From Patescibacteria group bacterium (GTDB taxonomy: Bacteria; Omnitrophota; Gorgyraeia; Gygaellales; Profunditerraquicolaceae): a stretch of DNA of 64,000 nt. Position 1 is the first letter of the stretch. Each line of letters starts with the position of its first letter. The translations under genes were made by a program, and so were the position numbers. Shown one piece after another: positions 50,279-59,601 of the stretch. The notes below the pieces were generated by a model. It had not been told where the DNA came from. It did not search any database and saw only the letters and a list, made by a program, of their open reading frames with translations. The stretch spans positions 22,662-86,661 of the forward strand of contig DATJPV010000030.1 in NCBI GenBank assembly GCA_035506195.1. The letters run 5' to 3'.

Positions 50279-51521
50279 CGTTGATCCTCTTTAGCTGCGC
50301 GATGACCGCCTCTTCTTTGTCGATCGTCTTTTGCTGGGTGCGGCGCACTTTCAGTTCTACGTTATTCTGCTTCACATACTCTTTACCGATGATGACCTGC
50401 GCCGTAATGCCCAAAAGGTCGGCGTCCTTGAATTTGACCCCCGCCCGTTCGTCGCGGTCATCAAGCAAAACCTCTATCCCGCAGGCGCTCAGTTCCTCGT
50501 GCATGGCGCGGGCGCTGCCCATAATCTTTTCGTCGGTGACATCCAGGGGCAGAATAATCGCCCGGTAAGGGCTGATCTCCTGCGGCCAGACGATCCCGAA
50601 GTCATCATGATGCTGTTCGATAACCGCTGCCACCAGCCTTGAGACCCCTATGCCGTAACAGCCCATGATCATGGGCTTGAGCTTGCCGTCGGCATCCAGG
50701 AAATTCGCGCCCAGCGTATCGCTGTATTTCGTGCCCAATTTAAAAATATGCCCTATCTCGATAGTATTGGTCTTGGCCAATTCCGTGCCGCACTCCGGGC
50801 AGTTTTCTTTCCTGTCTTCTTTGAAAGGCTTTGCCTGCTTGCATTTTGGGCAACGCCAGATAATGTCTTCTCCGCTTGAGGCCGGCACCATGAATTCATG
50901 GGATAGGCTTCCGCCCATGACCCCGGAGTCTGCCTCGATGCCGATGAAATCCAAGCCGCACCTCTTGAAAATAGCGTGGTAGGCCTTGTGCATGGCTTGA
51001 TAGTTCTTGTCCAGGCCCGCCTCATCCCTGTCGAAGCTATAGGCGTCTTTCATGATGAATTCGCAGGCCCTGACCACCCCGAAACGGGGCCTGATCTCAT
51101 CGCGGAACTTAGTCTGGATCTGATACAATACCGTGGGCAGTTGGCGGTATGAAGAAACCTGACTTTTGACCAGGTCCGTAATGACCTCTTCGTGGGTGGG
51201 GCCAAGGCAGACGTTGCGTTTCCTGCGGTCGATGAACCGGATCATGACCTCTCCCATAACCTCATCGCGGCCCGATTTAACCCATAGCTCCCGAGGCTGC
51301 AATGCCGGCAGCAGCAGCTCTGCCGCGCCGCAGGCCTGCATTTCTTGGCGGATGATCTTCTGGATATTATTCAATACTTTCAGGCCCAAGGGAAGATATG
51401 AGTATACCCCGGCCATGAGCATCCGGATAAGCCCGGCCCGCAACATCAGCTGATGGCTGACGGATTCCGATTCCTGAGGCGTTTCTTTAAGCGTAGGTAT
51501 GAACGTCTTTGACCAAAGCAT
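50271..51521 (-). CDS. proS: Proline--tRNA ligase (short form without INS editing domain)
   Basis: SHQLMLRAG, LGPTHEE, KFRDEIRPRFG, KDAYSFD, IEIGHIFKLGTKYS, MGCYGIGVSR, GVKFKDADLLG. Confidence 0.96.
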   Translation of the reverse strand: MLWSKTFIPTLKETPQESESVSHQLMLRAGLIRMLMAGVYSYLPLGLKVLNNIQKIIRQEMQACGAAELLLPALQPRELWVKSGRDEVMGEVMIRFIDRRKRNVCLGPTHEEVITDLVKSQVSSYRQLPTVLYQIQTKFRDEIRPRFGVVRACEFIMKDAYSFDRDEAGLDKNYQAMHKAYHAIFKRCGLDFIGIEADSGVMGGSLSHEFMVPASSGEDIIWRCPKCKQAKPFKEDRKENCPECGTELAKTNTIEIGHIFKLGTKYSDTLGANFLDADGKLKPMIMGCYGIGVSRLVAAVIEQHHDDFGIVWPQEISPYRAIILPLDVTDEKIMGSARAMHEELSACGIEVLLDDRDERAGVKFKDADLLGITAQVIIGKEYVKQNNVELKVRRTQQKTIDKEEAVIAQLKRINDA

Positions 51522-51523
51522 GA

Positions 51524-52597
51524 TTAGTTTCTCTTGCGCGCATCTATTTGTTGCAATAATGCCGTCACGCAGTTATGAAAGGGGATTTTTTTAACGACTT
51601 TGCCTTCTTTGAACAGGAGCCCTTCCTTTTTCCCGAAAGCCACCCCCACATCCGCTTCCTTTGCTTCTCCGGGGCCGTTGACCACACAACCCATCACCGC
51701 AAGCGTTATCGGTTTGCCGCCTGGGCGCAGGGTCCTGCCGGCAAGTTCTTTCTCCAGGCTCCTAACCACTTGTATAAGGTCGACTTCGCACCTGCCGCAG
51801 GTAGGGCAGCTGATCATCTGGACACCGAAGTGGCGCAGGCTCAATGCCTCAAGCACTGCTTTGGCCACCCGTATTTCTTCCTCCGGCTGGTCGGTAAGCG
51901 ATATTCTTATTGTATCACCAATTCCCTCCAATAGCAAAGCTCCAATTGCGATGCTGGACTTGACCTGGCCCTGCAGGGGAAAACCCGTTGCCGTCAGGCC
52001 CAGATGCAGCGGGTAGTCGCATACTGCGGCCATTTTGCGGTACGCCTCTACGGTATCGCGCACATTCGAGGCCTTTAAGGAAATGACCATGTCATAAAAA
52101 TGCAGTTTTTCGACCATCCGTATATACGCCTGCGCCGAGGCTACCAGCCGGTCAGACAAGGCTGCCTTGCGGGAGACTGCCCCTTTTACGGAACCGGAAT
52201 TAACGCCTATCCGCAGCGGTATCTTCGCCAGCTTCAAGGCACTGACAACCTCCCTGACCTGGGCCGGCTTGTAGATATTGCCGGGATTAAGGCGTATTTT
52301 ATCTGCGCCGCTATCTATTGCCTCCAGGGCCAGGCGCCAGTCAAAATGTATATCCGCAACCAGCGGGATGCGGATGCCTGCCCTGATCTTACGTATGGCC
52401 AGGGCATCCTGGCGGTCCTTGACTGCCACGCGCACGATCTCGCAGCCTGCCCGGGTAAGCGCGGCAATCTGATTGATGGTTGCCCGGACGTCGGAAGTTT
52501 TAGCCTTAGACATCGACTGGATGGCAATCGGATGCCTTGCGCCGATATATACGCTGCCTATCTTGACGGTCCTGGTTTTATGCCTGAATGCACCCAT
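51524..52597 (-). CDS. ispG: (E)-4-hydroxy-3-methylbut-2-enyl-diphosphate synthase
   Basis: IQSM, ADIHFD, RLNPGN, RIGVNSGS, GDTIRISLT, SCPTCGR, MGCVVNGPGE. Confidence 0.97.
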   Translation of the reverse strand: MGAFRHKTRTVKIGSVYIGARHPIAIQSMSKAKTSDVRATINQIAALTRAGCEIVRVAVKDRQDALAIRKIRAGIRIPLVADIHFDWRLALEAIDSGADKIRLNPGNIYKPAQVREVVSALKLAKIPLRIGVNSGSVKGAVSRKAALSDRLVASAQAYIRMVEKLHFYDMVISLKASNVRDTVEAYRKMAAVCDYPLHLGLTATGFPLQGQVKSSIAIGALLLEGIGDTIRISLTDQPEEEIRVAKAVLEALSLRHFGVQMISCPTCGRCEVDLIQVVRSLEKELAGRTLRPGGKPITLAVMGCVVNGPGEAKEADVGVAFGKKEGLLFKEGKVVKKIPFHNCVTALLQQIDARKRN

Positions 52598-52598
52598 C

Positions 52599-53678
52599 TT
52601 ATTTGACGAACCACTTGGCGATCTTGCTGCCGAACTTCAAAATATCGTTATAGGTCACCACCAACGCCAATGTCAGGATCAGGGTCAGCCCTATCCGGGT
52701 GATAATGCGTTCCGTCTTAAGGCTTAATCCCTTGCCCCGGATTTTTTCTATGATCAACAAAAAAATATGCCCGCCGTCCAAAACCGGTAACGGCAGCAGA
52801 TTAAAGATCGCCAGGCTTATGCTCAAGACCGCGATGAGGTGCACCACCGGTATCGCCCCCAGGTTTGTTGCCTGGTGCGTGATATAAAAAATACCCAGGG
52901 GTCCGGTCACGGATTCGCGCATCGAAAGCCTGCCGGTAATGAGCATCCCGAAAGCCTTATACGTGACTACGGTCAAATCCCAGGTCTTGCGCGCCCCCAG
53001 CAACAGCGATTCCCCCAGGCCGTGCCGCACGATCACCGTTTCTTCGCTGGGCGTGATGCCCAAAAGGCCGACGCTCTGTTTTTTGCCGAATATGTCGCTG
53101 ACCTGCTTTTCTCTGAGGCTGACTTCCCGCAGGAGTTTTTCATTCCCCCTGAGCAGGGCCACTTTAACCGAAGCAGCGCCTTTATTCTCCTGGATAGCGG
53201 CCTGCAGTTCTTCCCAGCTGCCGACGCTCTTATCTTGCACCGAAACGATCCTGTCTCCGGCCTGGATGCCTGCCTCTTTGGCCCCGAAGCCGTCCAGCAG
53301 GCCGCCGACCTTGTTGGTCAGCGTAGGGTAACCGGCAAAAAATATGAGCCAGAAACACAAAAAGCCAAGCACGTAGTTAAGCAACGGCCCGCAGAAAATT
53401 ATCTGCGCGCGCTGCCCAGGCTTCTTCGACAAGTATTCCCCGGGCGTGCCTTTATACTCTTCAAGGTTGTCCCCGGCCATTTTGACGTAGCCGCCGAAAG
53501 GGACGGCAGCCAGGTTGTATTCGGTCTGCCCCTTTTTGCGGGAAACAAGCTTAGGGCCGAACCCCAGAGAAAAAATCTCGACGATGACCCCGATGCGCTT
53601 GGCGGCGATAAAATGGCCGAATTCGTGGACGAGAATCAATATACCCAGAACCAAAAGAAACACAAATAAGGAAAGCAT
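52599..53678 (-). CDS. rseP: RIP metalloprotease RseP (M50 with PDZ domain)
   Basis: HEFGH, FSLGFGP, GGYVKMAG, NLLPLPVLDGGH. Confidence 0.96.
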   Translation of the reverse strand: MLSLFVFLLVLGILILVHEFGHFIAAKRIGVIVEIFSLGFGPKLVSRKKGQTEYNLAAVPFGGYVKMAGDNLEEYKGTPGEYLSKKPGQRAQIIFCGPLLNYVLGFLCFWLIFFAGYPTLTNKVGGLLDGFGAKEAGIQAGDRIVSVQDKSVGSWEELQAAIQENKGAASVKVALLRGNEKLLREVSLREKQVSDIFGKKQSVGLLGITPSEETVIVRHGLGESLLLGARKTWDLTVVTYKAFGMLITGRLSMRESVTGPLGIFYITHQATNLGAIPVVHLIAVLSISLAIFNLLPLPVLDGGHIFLLIIEKIRGKGLSLKTERIITRIGLTLILTLALVVTYNDILKFGSKIAKWFVK

Positions 53679-53680
53679 AG

Positions 53681-54844
53681 TTATGATCCTATCCGGTTAA
53701 TGAGGGACAAGGCCTTTTGCCGAGCCCACTCCTGCGCTTCAAGGATATCATTCAGGCCGGGGTTTTCAAGATGGCGGTGCTGGCTGAGCACCCGCTCGAT
53801 GACCTGCGGTATCTTTACGAAACGCATGCTGTTATTTAAAAACGCCTCAACTCCCGCTTCATTGGCGGCATTCATGACCGCGGGGGCGGTACCGCCCTGC
53901 TCGGCGACGCGATACGCCAATCCCAAACAGGGAAACTTTTTAAAATCCGGCTTGAAAAAATCAAGGGACTTAAGCGCGTAAAAGTCCAGGCATGGCAGCT
54001 TCGACGCCAGCCGCCGGGGATACGAAAGGGCGTATTGTATCGGGATACGCATATCGGTAACCGACAGTTGCGCCATGATAACCCCGTCGATGAATTCGAC
54101 CATCGAATGGATGATCGCCTGCGGGTGAATGACGGTCTTGATGCGGGAAGGCTGTACCCCGAACAACCACATCGCCTCCAGTACCTCCAGCCCTTTGTTC
54201 ATGAGCGTCGCAGAATCAACCGTAATTTTTTCCCCCATCTTCCATCGCGGATGCGCCAGGACCTGGGCCCTGGAGACGTGGGCGAGGGCGCTAGAACGCG
54301 TCCGGTAGAAAGGGCCGCCCGAGGCGGTCAGGTAAATATTTTGCAGCTCCTGCCTGTGCCTGCCCTCCAAACACTGCCATATCGCCGACTGCTCGCTGTC
54401 GATGGGGATGAGGCGTATCTTTTTTTCCTTGCAGCGCCGCGTAACGATGGAACCCGCCACTACCAGCGCCTCTTTGTTGGCCAAGGCAATATCCTTGCCG
54501 CTTTCAATGGCCTGCAATAAGGGCGCCAGCGCCGCCGATCCGCTTATCGCCATTACCGCCATATCCGGGCCCTTGCGCCCTGCGGCCTCGATCAGGCCCT
54601 CTTCGCCCAGAAAAACCCTGACCTTCCTGCGGTTTCCCAGCTTTGCCTTTAAGGCAAGCCCGGCAGCGATGTTCTTGACGCAGACGAAATCGGGATTATG
54701 CAGGCGTATCTGGCGGTATAATACGTCCACCCGGGCGTTCGTAGTCAGCCCTGCCACCTTAAAACGCGAAGGAAAACTCCTTGCTATCTCAAGGACGTTT
54801 TTGCCTATCGAACCGGTAGAGCCAAAGACAACAATACGCTTCAT
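53681..54844 (-). CDS. dxr: 1-deoxy-D-xylulose-5-phosphate reductoisomerase
   Basis: GSTGSIG, LANKE, PIDSE, TASGGPF, HPRWKMG.KITVDSATLMNKGLE, NAANE. Start at ATG 54844. Confidence 0.96.
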   Translation of the reverse strand: MKRIVVFGSTGSIGKNVLEIARSFPSRFKVAGLTTNARVDVLYRQIRLHNPDFVCVKNIAAGLALKAKLGNRRKVRVFLGEEGLIEAAGRKGPDMAVMAISGSAALAPLLQAIESGKDIALANKEALVVAGSIVTRRCKEKKIRLIPIDSEQSAIWQCLEGRHRQELQNIYLTASGGPFYRTRSSALAHVSRAQVLAHPRWKMGEKITVDSATLMNKGLEVLEAMWLFGVQPSRIKTVIHPQAIIHSMVEFIDGVIMAQLSVTDMRIPIQYALSYPRRLASKLPCLDFYALKSLDFFKPDFKKFPCLGLAYRVAEQGGTAPAVMNAANEAGVEAFLNNSMRFVKIPQVIERVLSQHRHLENPGLNDILEAQEWARQKALSLINRIGS

Positions 54845-54861
54845 CGCTGTTAACTGCAAGA

Positions 54862-55656
54862 TTACCTGGGTATGATGCTGATATAAAAATAGAAAGCCGG
54901 TGCGGTAAAAAGCAGGCTGTCTACCAGGTCCAAGACGCCCCCCATGCCGGGGAAGATGCTGCCGGAATCCTTTACCTCGCAATCACGCTTCATCAGGGAT
55001 TCCGAAAGGTCCCCTATCTCGGCCAGCAGCCCCAACCCGAAACCCAGGGACAAAAGCCGCGCGTAATCAAAATTGAGCAAAGGGTGGCATAAAAGTGCGC
55101 CTGCGATGCTACAGACAAGCCCCCCTATCGCCCCTTCGACCGTTTTCTTGGGGCTGATCCTCGGCATTAAAGGCGTCCGGCCGAAACGGGACCCGACCAG
55201 ATAAGAGCCCATATCGCACAGCTTGGTGGCGACCAGCACCAGGACCAGCAGGCCAAAACCGTCATCGAGGAACCGGATCTTGATCAAGAAGCTCAAGAAC
55301 CAGGAAATATACAGGATGCCGAAAATAGTGGTGGAGATCGCTACGATCGCCCCGGTATTCTTACGGCGCTTGAACTGCATCAGGATAAGGAACAGCAGCG
55401 CCAGGAGCATAAAGAGCAGCTCCCACTTCTTCGTCGATTCAAAATGGAACGTGATGGATAGCGGGATGATCGCGCCTATCCCGATGCCGAGATATTTATA
55501 CATGCTGATACCCTTCTTCTCCAGCATCAGGAAAAACTCATACAGGCCGCCGATGATCAGCAGGGTTACCGTAACGCCGACCGCCTGCTCCGAAAAAATA
55601 GCCAGCGACACCAGGCCGATAAGCACTACCGAACTGAAGGCGCGATGTAAAAACAT
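54862..55656 (-). CDS. cdsA: Phosphatidate cytidylyltransferase
   Basis: ISPKKTVEG, GDLSESLMKRDCEVKDSG.IFPGMGGVLD; multi-TM. Confidence 0.95.
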   Translation of the reverse strand: MFLHRAFSSVVLIGLVSLAIFSEQAVGVTVTLLIIGGLYEFFLMLEKKGISMYKYLGIGIGAIIPLSITFHFESTKKWELLFMLLALLFLILMQFKRRKNTGAIVAISTTIFGILYISWFLSFLIKIRFLDDGFGLLVLVLVATKLCDMGSYLVGSRFGRTPLMPRISPKKTVEGAIGGLVCSIAGALLCHPLLNFDYARLLSLGFGLGLLAEIGDLSESLMKRDCEVKDSGSIFPGMGGVLDLVDSLLFTAPAFYFYISIIPR

Positions 55657-55662
55657 TTCCTC

Positions 55663-56379
55663 TTACCCCGTTTCAAGCCGGCCGAACCTGCGTTGGCGCT
55701 TTTGATATGCCTGTACCGCTTTCTTGAACGCTTCCCCGCCGAACTCGGGCCAGCATACTTTCTGAAAATACAGCTCAGCGTACGACAGCTGCCAAAGGAG
55801 AAAGTTGCTTATCCGCATTTCACCGCTGGTGCGGATCAAAAGGTCAGGGTCAGGAAGCTCTGCGGTATAAAAATAAGCGCCGAACGTCTCTGTATCCAGC
55901 GCCTCGGGATCGACGGCGCCCTGGAGGGCTTGCCGCGCAAATTTTTTGGCCGCATCCACGATCTCCTGGCGTGAGCCGTAATTCAAGGCCAGGACAAGTT
56001 TTAAGCCGGTGTTGTCCTTGGTGTCCTCTTCGGCCTGCCGCAGGCCCCGCAAGACATAATCCGGCAGGGGCTGCTGCCTTCCGATCACCAGGAACCGCAC
56101 ATTGTTCTTGCGTAATTCACGGATCTCGTTTTTTAAGAAGTGGATCAGCAGGCGCATGAGCATTTGGACTTCCTGCCTCGGCCGGGACCAGTTCTCGGTG
56201 GAGAAGGCAAACAGCGTCACCACCTCGATCCCGAGCTGGGAAGCGGCCCTGATAACCTCTTTGACCCGCTTTACTCCTTCTCGGTGCCCCTGGAGACGCG
56301 GCAGACCGCGGGCCTGGGCCCAGCGGCCGTTGCCGTCCATGATAATCGCTACGTGCCTGGGAAGATTTCCTTTGTTCAT
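55663..56379 (-). CDS. uppS: Undecaprenyl diphosphate synthase (isoprenyl transferase)
   Basis: HVAIIMDGNGRWA, FSTENWSRP, ALNYGSR, PDLLIRTSGE.RISNFLLWQ. Confidence 0.96.
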   Translation of the reverse strand: MNKGNLPRHVAIIMDGNGRWAQARGLPRLQGHREGVKRVKEVIRAASQLGIEVVTLFAFSTENWSRPRQEVQMLMRLLIHFLKNEIRELRKNNVRFLVIGRQQPLPDYVLRGLRQAEEDTKDNTGLKLVLALNYGSRQEIVDAAKKFARQALQGAVDPEALDTETFGAYFYTAELPDPDLLIRTSGEMRISNFLLWQLSYAELYFQKVCWPEFGGEAFKKAVQAYQKRQRRFGRLETG

Positions 56380-56405
56380 CCGGATCGCGCCTGTAAGTTG
56401 ACAAT

Positions 56406-56464
56406 AAAAAACAACCCCGAGCATCGGCCATATCAATCCACCTATGACCTGAGAGCGCAGGGTT
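56406..56464 (-). terminator. Putative intrinsic terminator after the GH57 gene
   Basis: AACCCTG...GGTCATA-loop-TATGGCC...CGGGGTT followed by GTTTTTT. Confidence 0.55.
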
Positions 56465-56465
56465 A

Positions 56466-58040
56466 CTACTGATGCAACCGATAATCTATATCGGGGAAAA
56501 TATTATCTTTGTATTCGATCTCCGTAAGCCAGCTTTCGTCAATCGAATTCGACTTGATATCCTCGTACAGGCGTGTAAATCTAAGGAGGTGATCCTTGGT
56601 GCGCTTCACGGCATAGCTTACGTGGGTCCCGGTGCCCATGATGAAGGCCCAGTCGGAACTCTGCGCCAGAAGCAACTCGCGCAGCGCCTGATTCAATGCC
56701 CTGCCCATCAAGCCGTTGACGTTCGGATAATTCTTAGCCAGCTCCGTCATCCGCTCAGAGGCAGAATGAAGGTGGCGATACACCCAGTCATTCGGCCCTT
56801 GAAGCCACATTTCGCTGTACCCTTTCCAGCCCCAGCTGGACATTGAGGGAGTGACCACCTGGTTGCGGGGGCTCTCCTGCAGGTATTCGGATGGCGTGAT
56901 CATTCGGATGGTCTTCTGATCAAAATAGGTTTTACGCATGAGGAAATCGATCCACATCGGGCCTTCGTACCACCAGTGCCCGAATAGTTCCGCATCGTAC
57001 GGAGAAACAATGATAGGTTTTCTCTGCATGAAATCATAGAGATACTCAACCTGTTTTTCGCGGTTAAACAGGAAATTCCCCGCATGCTCCGCGGCTTTTT
57101 CCTGGGCCCAGTATGCGTTATACGCGGCCTTCTCTTCGCTGCCGGTAATGCGGTAATATTTGATGCCCGTGTTGATGCGTATGCCGTCCGGATGGATGTA
57201 CGGTTTGATATATTCGTAGTCCAGGTCAAAACCGATATCACGGTAAAATTCACGGTAGAGGTAATCACCGGGGTAGCCTTCTATAGAGGACCACACCTGT
57301 TTGGAAGATTCCAGGTCCCTTCCGAAACAGGCCACGCCGGACTTGCAATAGACGGGGGCAAAGACGCCGTATTTCGGGCGCGGGGTACCGTGGAGGACGC
57401 CGTGCGCATCGCTGAAGAAATATTTAATGCCCGTTTCCTTAAGGACCTCATCGTCTCCGGGATTGAAACCGCACTCCGGAAGCCATATGCCCTTGGGCTT
57501 TCTTCCGAAGACCTTTTCGTAATGGCTGACCGCCACCCTTACTTGAGCCCTTACCGACGGTTTGACCACATCCATCAGGGGCAGGAAGCCGTGCGTAGCC
57601 CCGCAGGTGATGACCTCGAGTTTTCCCGCATCCTGGAATGCCCGGAAGGCAAGCACGAGGTTGCGGTGATAGCGTTCAAAGGTATTCCTGGATTCGTAGA
57701 ATTTCCCCAGGTACATGTTGGCCAGGCTGTTGAATTCCGGCTGCCAACGGGTCCTTTCCACCTCTTTATGCGACAGCTCAATAAGCTTGTTGATATGCCG
57801 CAGGTAGCGCTCCTGCAGGAGCCCGTCCTCAAGCATCGAAAGCAGGGTCGGAGACAGGGTCATGGTAAGACGGAAATCGACCCGGTCATGGATGAGCCGC
57901 TCAAAGACGTTGATGAGCGGGATATACGTCTCGGTGATCGCTTCGTAAAACCAATCTTCTTCCAGGAAATCTTCGCATTCGGGATGCCGCACGAAAGGCA
58001 GGTGCCCGTGGAGCACGATACACAAATACCCTTTATTCAT
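56466..58040 (-). CDS. GH57 1,4-alpha-glucan branching enzyme (with DUF1957)
   Basis: VLHGHLPFV, EAITETYIPL, TCGATHGFLP, GIWLPEC, YREFYRDIG, PYDAELFGHWWYEG, LLAQSSDWAF. Confidence 0.93.
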   Translation of the reverse strand: MNKGYLCIVLHGHLPFVRHPECEDFLEEDWFYEAITETYIPLINVFERLIHDRVDFRLTMTLSPTLLSMLEDGLLQERYLRHINKLIELSHKEVERTRWQPEFNSLANMYLGKFYESRNTFERYHRNLVLAFRAFQDAGKLEVITCGATHGFLPLMDVVKPSVRAQVRVAVSHYEKVFGRKPKGIWLPECGFNPGDDEVLKETGIKYFFSDAHGVLHGTPRPKYGVFAPVYCKSGVACFGRDLESSKQVWSSIEGYPGDYLYREFYRDIGFDLDYEYIKPYIHPDGIRINTGIKYYRITGSEEKAAYNAYWAQEKAAEHAGNFLFNREKQVEYLYDFMQRKPIIVSPYDAELFGHWWYEGPMWIDFLMRKTYFDQKTIRMITPSEYLQESPRNQVVTPSMSSWGWKGYSEMWLQGPNDWVYRHLHSASERMTELAKNYPNVNGLMGRALNQALRELLLAQSSDWAFIMGTGTHVSYAVKRTKDHLLRFTRLYEDIKSNSIDESWLTEIEYKDNIFPDIDYRLHQ

Positions 58041-58112
58041 TTTTCTCTGGTTTCCTTTGCTGAATATGAATGTCGTAAAAAAACCTGACGGCGGGCGACG
58101 TGCCGCGGCTGA

Positions 58113-59108
58113 TTACTTCGTCTCTCGCGTGACGATAGGCGTAATAGTCCTCTCATCGATCCCGTCAGAGGAAGTTGCGTGCACCGGGATAACCTGCTTG
58201 CCGTCGGGAAGCGCAAAGCGTAAACTGAACGTCCCATCCGGCCTTAGTTTTATCTCGCGGCCCTGGACCTTGACCTTGGCATCCGGTTCGGTGGCTCCAT
58301 AGACAATAAGCTCGGTGTTGACCACCAGCCAGAATTTTCTTTCTTTGGGGATCCTTTTGGCCGGACTGGTCGGCGACGACAGGCCCGGAGAAGAAAGTAT
58401 CCCGGAGAACAACGCCCTGCGCATCCTCTCTTGCCATGCCTTGCCTACGGGTGAACTCCTGCCGAATCCGAATCCCATACCGTAGAGCCGGGCGAACATC
58501 TCATCCGGCACCATCCACTCTTCGTCGGTAATCCAAGAGGGCCCTTCCAGGGGGGTATAGGCCGTATTTGAACGCACGATAGTAATGAATCTGCCGTCGG
58601 GCAAAAGCAGCCCTAAGTCAACGCACCAGGACCTACCCGGCCCCCCGGTATCGATATACCAGCTATTCGACATCGGATTGACCTCGATATCGAAGAACCG
58701 GTTCGCATTGCTGCCGTTGAAAATAACGGTGGTCACGTCATAAACCCTCAGCATCCTCTTGGCCTGATGGAACGCCTCGCCCAACTCCCCGCGCAGCCTG
58801 TCGAAGGTGTGGGGCATGATTTCCCAATACGCATGCAACCACCAGGGGTCGCGCGTCTGCAGAACGATCCTGTCTTTGCCATATTCGCCGGGTAATTCAT
58901 GAGGCATCTGACGATGCGCCCTGACCGGTTCGGGAGTAAAGTATTTCGCCTTCTCTACAGCCACCTCCTGTGTGCCGATAAGCTCTTTCTCTATCCTGGC
59001 GGCCCTCTTTCTCCTGAAGCGGCTCGGTATCTCTTTAAGAATCTTAGGCGCCTTTTTCTTCCGTATGATCTTGGTGATTTTTTCTTTGATCTTACGCAAT
59101 ATAACCAT
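58113..59108 (-). CDS. DUF4912 domain protein
   Basis: ELPGEYGKDRIVLQTRDPWWLHAYWE, LRVYDVT, IVRSN..TP, FWL.VNTELIVYGATEPDA, DGTFSLRFALPDG; AAGGAGGTG SD. Confidence 0.9.
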   Translation of the reverse strand: MVILRKIKEKITKIIRKKKAPKILKEIPSRFRRKRAARIEKELIGTQEVAVEKAKYFTPEPVRAHRQMPHELPGEYGKDRIVLQTRDPWWLHAYWEIMPHTFDRLRGELGEAFHQAKRMLRVYDVTTVIFNGSNANRFFDIEVNPMSNSWYIDTGGPGRSWCVDLGLLLPDGRFITIVRSNTAYTPLEGPSWITDEEWMVPDEMFARLYGMGFGFGRSSPVGKAWQERMRRALFSGILSSPGLSSPTSPAKRIPKERKFWLVVNTELIVYGATEPDAKVKVQGREIKLRPDGTFSLRFALPDGKQVIPVHATSSDGIDERTITPIVTRETK

Positions 59109-59130
59109 CACACCCACCTCCTTTAAGAAT

Positions 59131-59154
59131 AAAAAAGGGGATATGCTCCCCTCT
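59131..59154 (-). terminator. Intrinsic terminator between the coiled-coil gene and DUF4912
   Basis: AGGGGA-GCATA-TCCCCT followed by TTTTT on the minus strand. Confidence 0.7.
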
Positions 59155-59197
59155 TCATATACGCGCAGATGCTCGTCTGACCCGCCCCCTTTTACAT

Positions 59198-59584
59198 TTA
59201 TTTAGCTTTCGCCGACTTGGCAGCCATCAAGGCCTCTTTCAAATCTTCCTCGAGGGCCTCCTTAAGCTTGGTAATTTTCTGAAGCTCTTCCTTGAGGCTG
59301 TTGTTTATCATTTGTTCCTGAATGAGCGTCTTTTTGGTTGCCTCGTGCCCTGCCTTCTCGGCCTCCAGGTCCTTAGTCAGACCGTCAAGCTTGACATCCA
59401 GCGCCTTTTTTTCCTGGAGGAATTTCGACATCCTTTGTTCGCTGTCCCAGCTGGCGGCTCTTTCCCTGTCCAGGGCCAGCTTCTGGTTTCGCGCGCCCAG
59501 GCAGGAGCTGACGGAGAGCAGAAAAAATATGACTGCTATGACCGATAATATAATAATGACGCGGGTTTTAATAACTTCTTCCAT
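59198..59584 (-). CDS. Hypothetical membrane-anchored coiled-coil protein
   Basis: N-terminal hydrophobic segment ending VSSC, then an E/K/L heptad-rich tail; 17 nt downstream of the MotB-like gene. Confidence 0.75.
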   Translation of the reverse strand: MEEVIKTRVIIILSVIAVIFFLLSVSSCLGARNQKLALDRERAASWDSEQRMSKFLQEKKALDVKLDGLTKDLEAEKAGHEATKKTLIQEQMINNSLKEELQKITKLKEALEEDLKEALMAAKSAKAK

Positions 59585-59601
59585 GTTGATTTGTTACGCT
59601 T

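Noticed and set aside
58075-58112. Possible terminator between DUF4912 and GH57 (GC-rich stretch plus T7)
   Set aside because: The stem is weak and separated from the U-tract; not supportable by eye.
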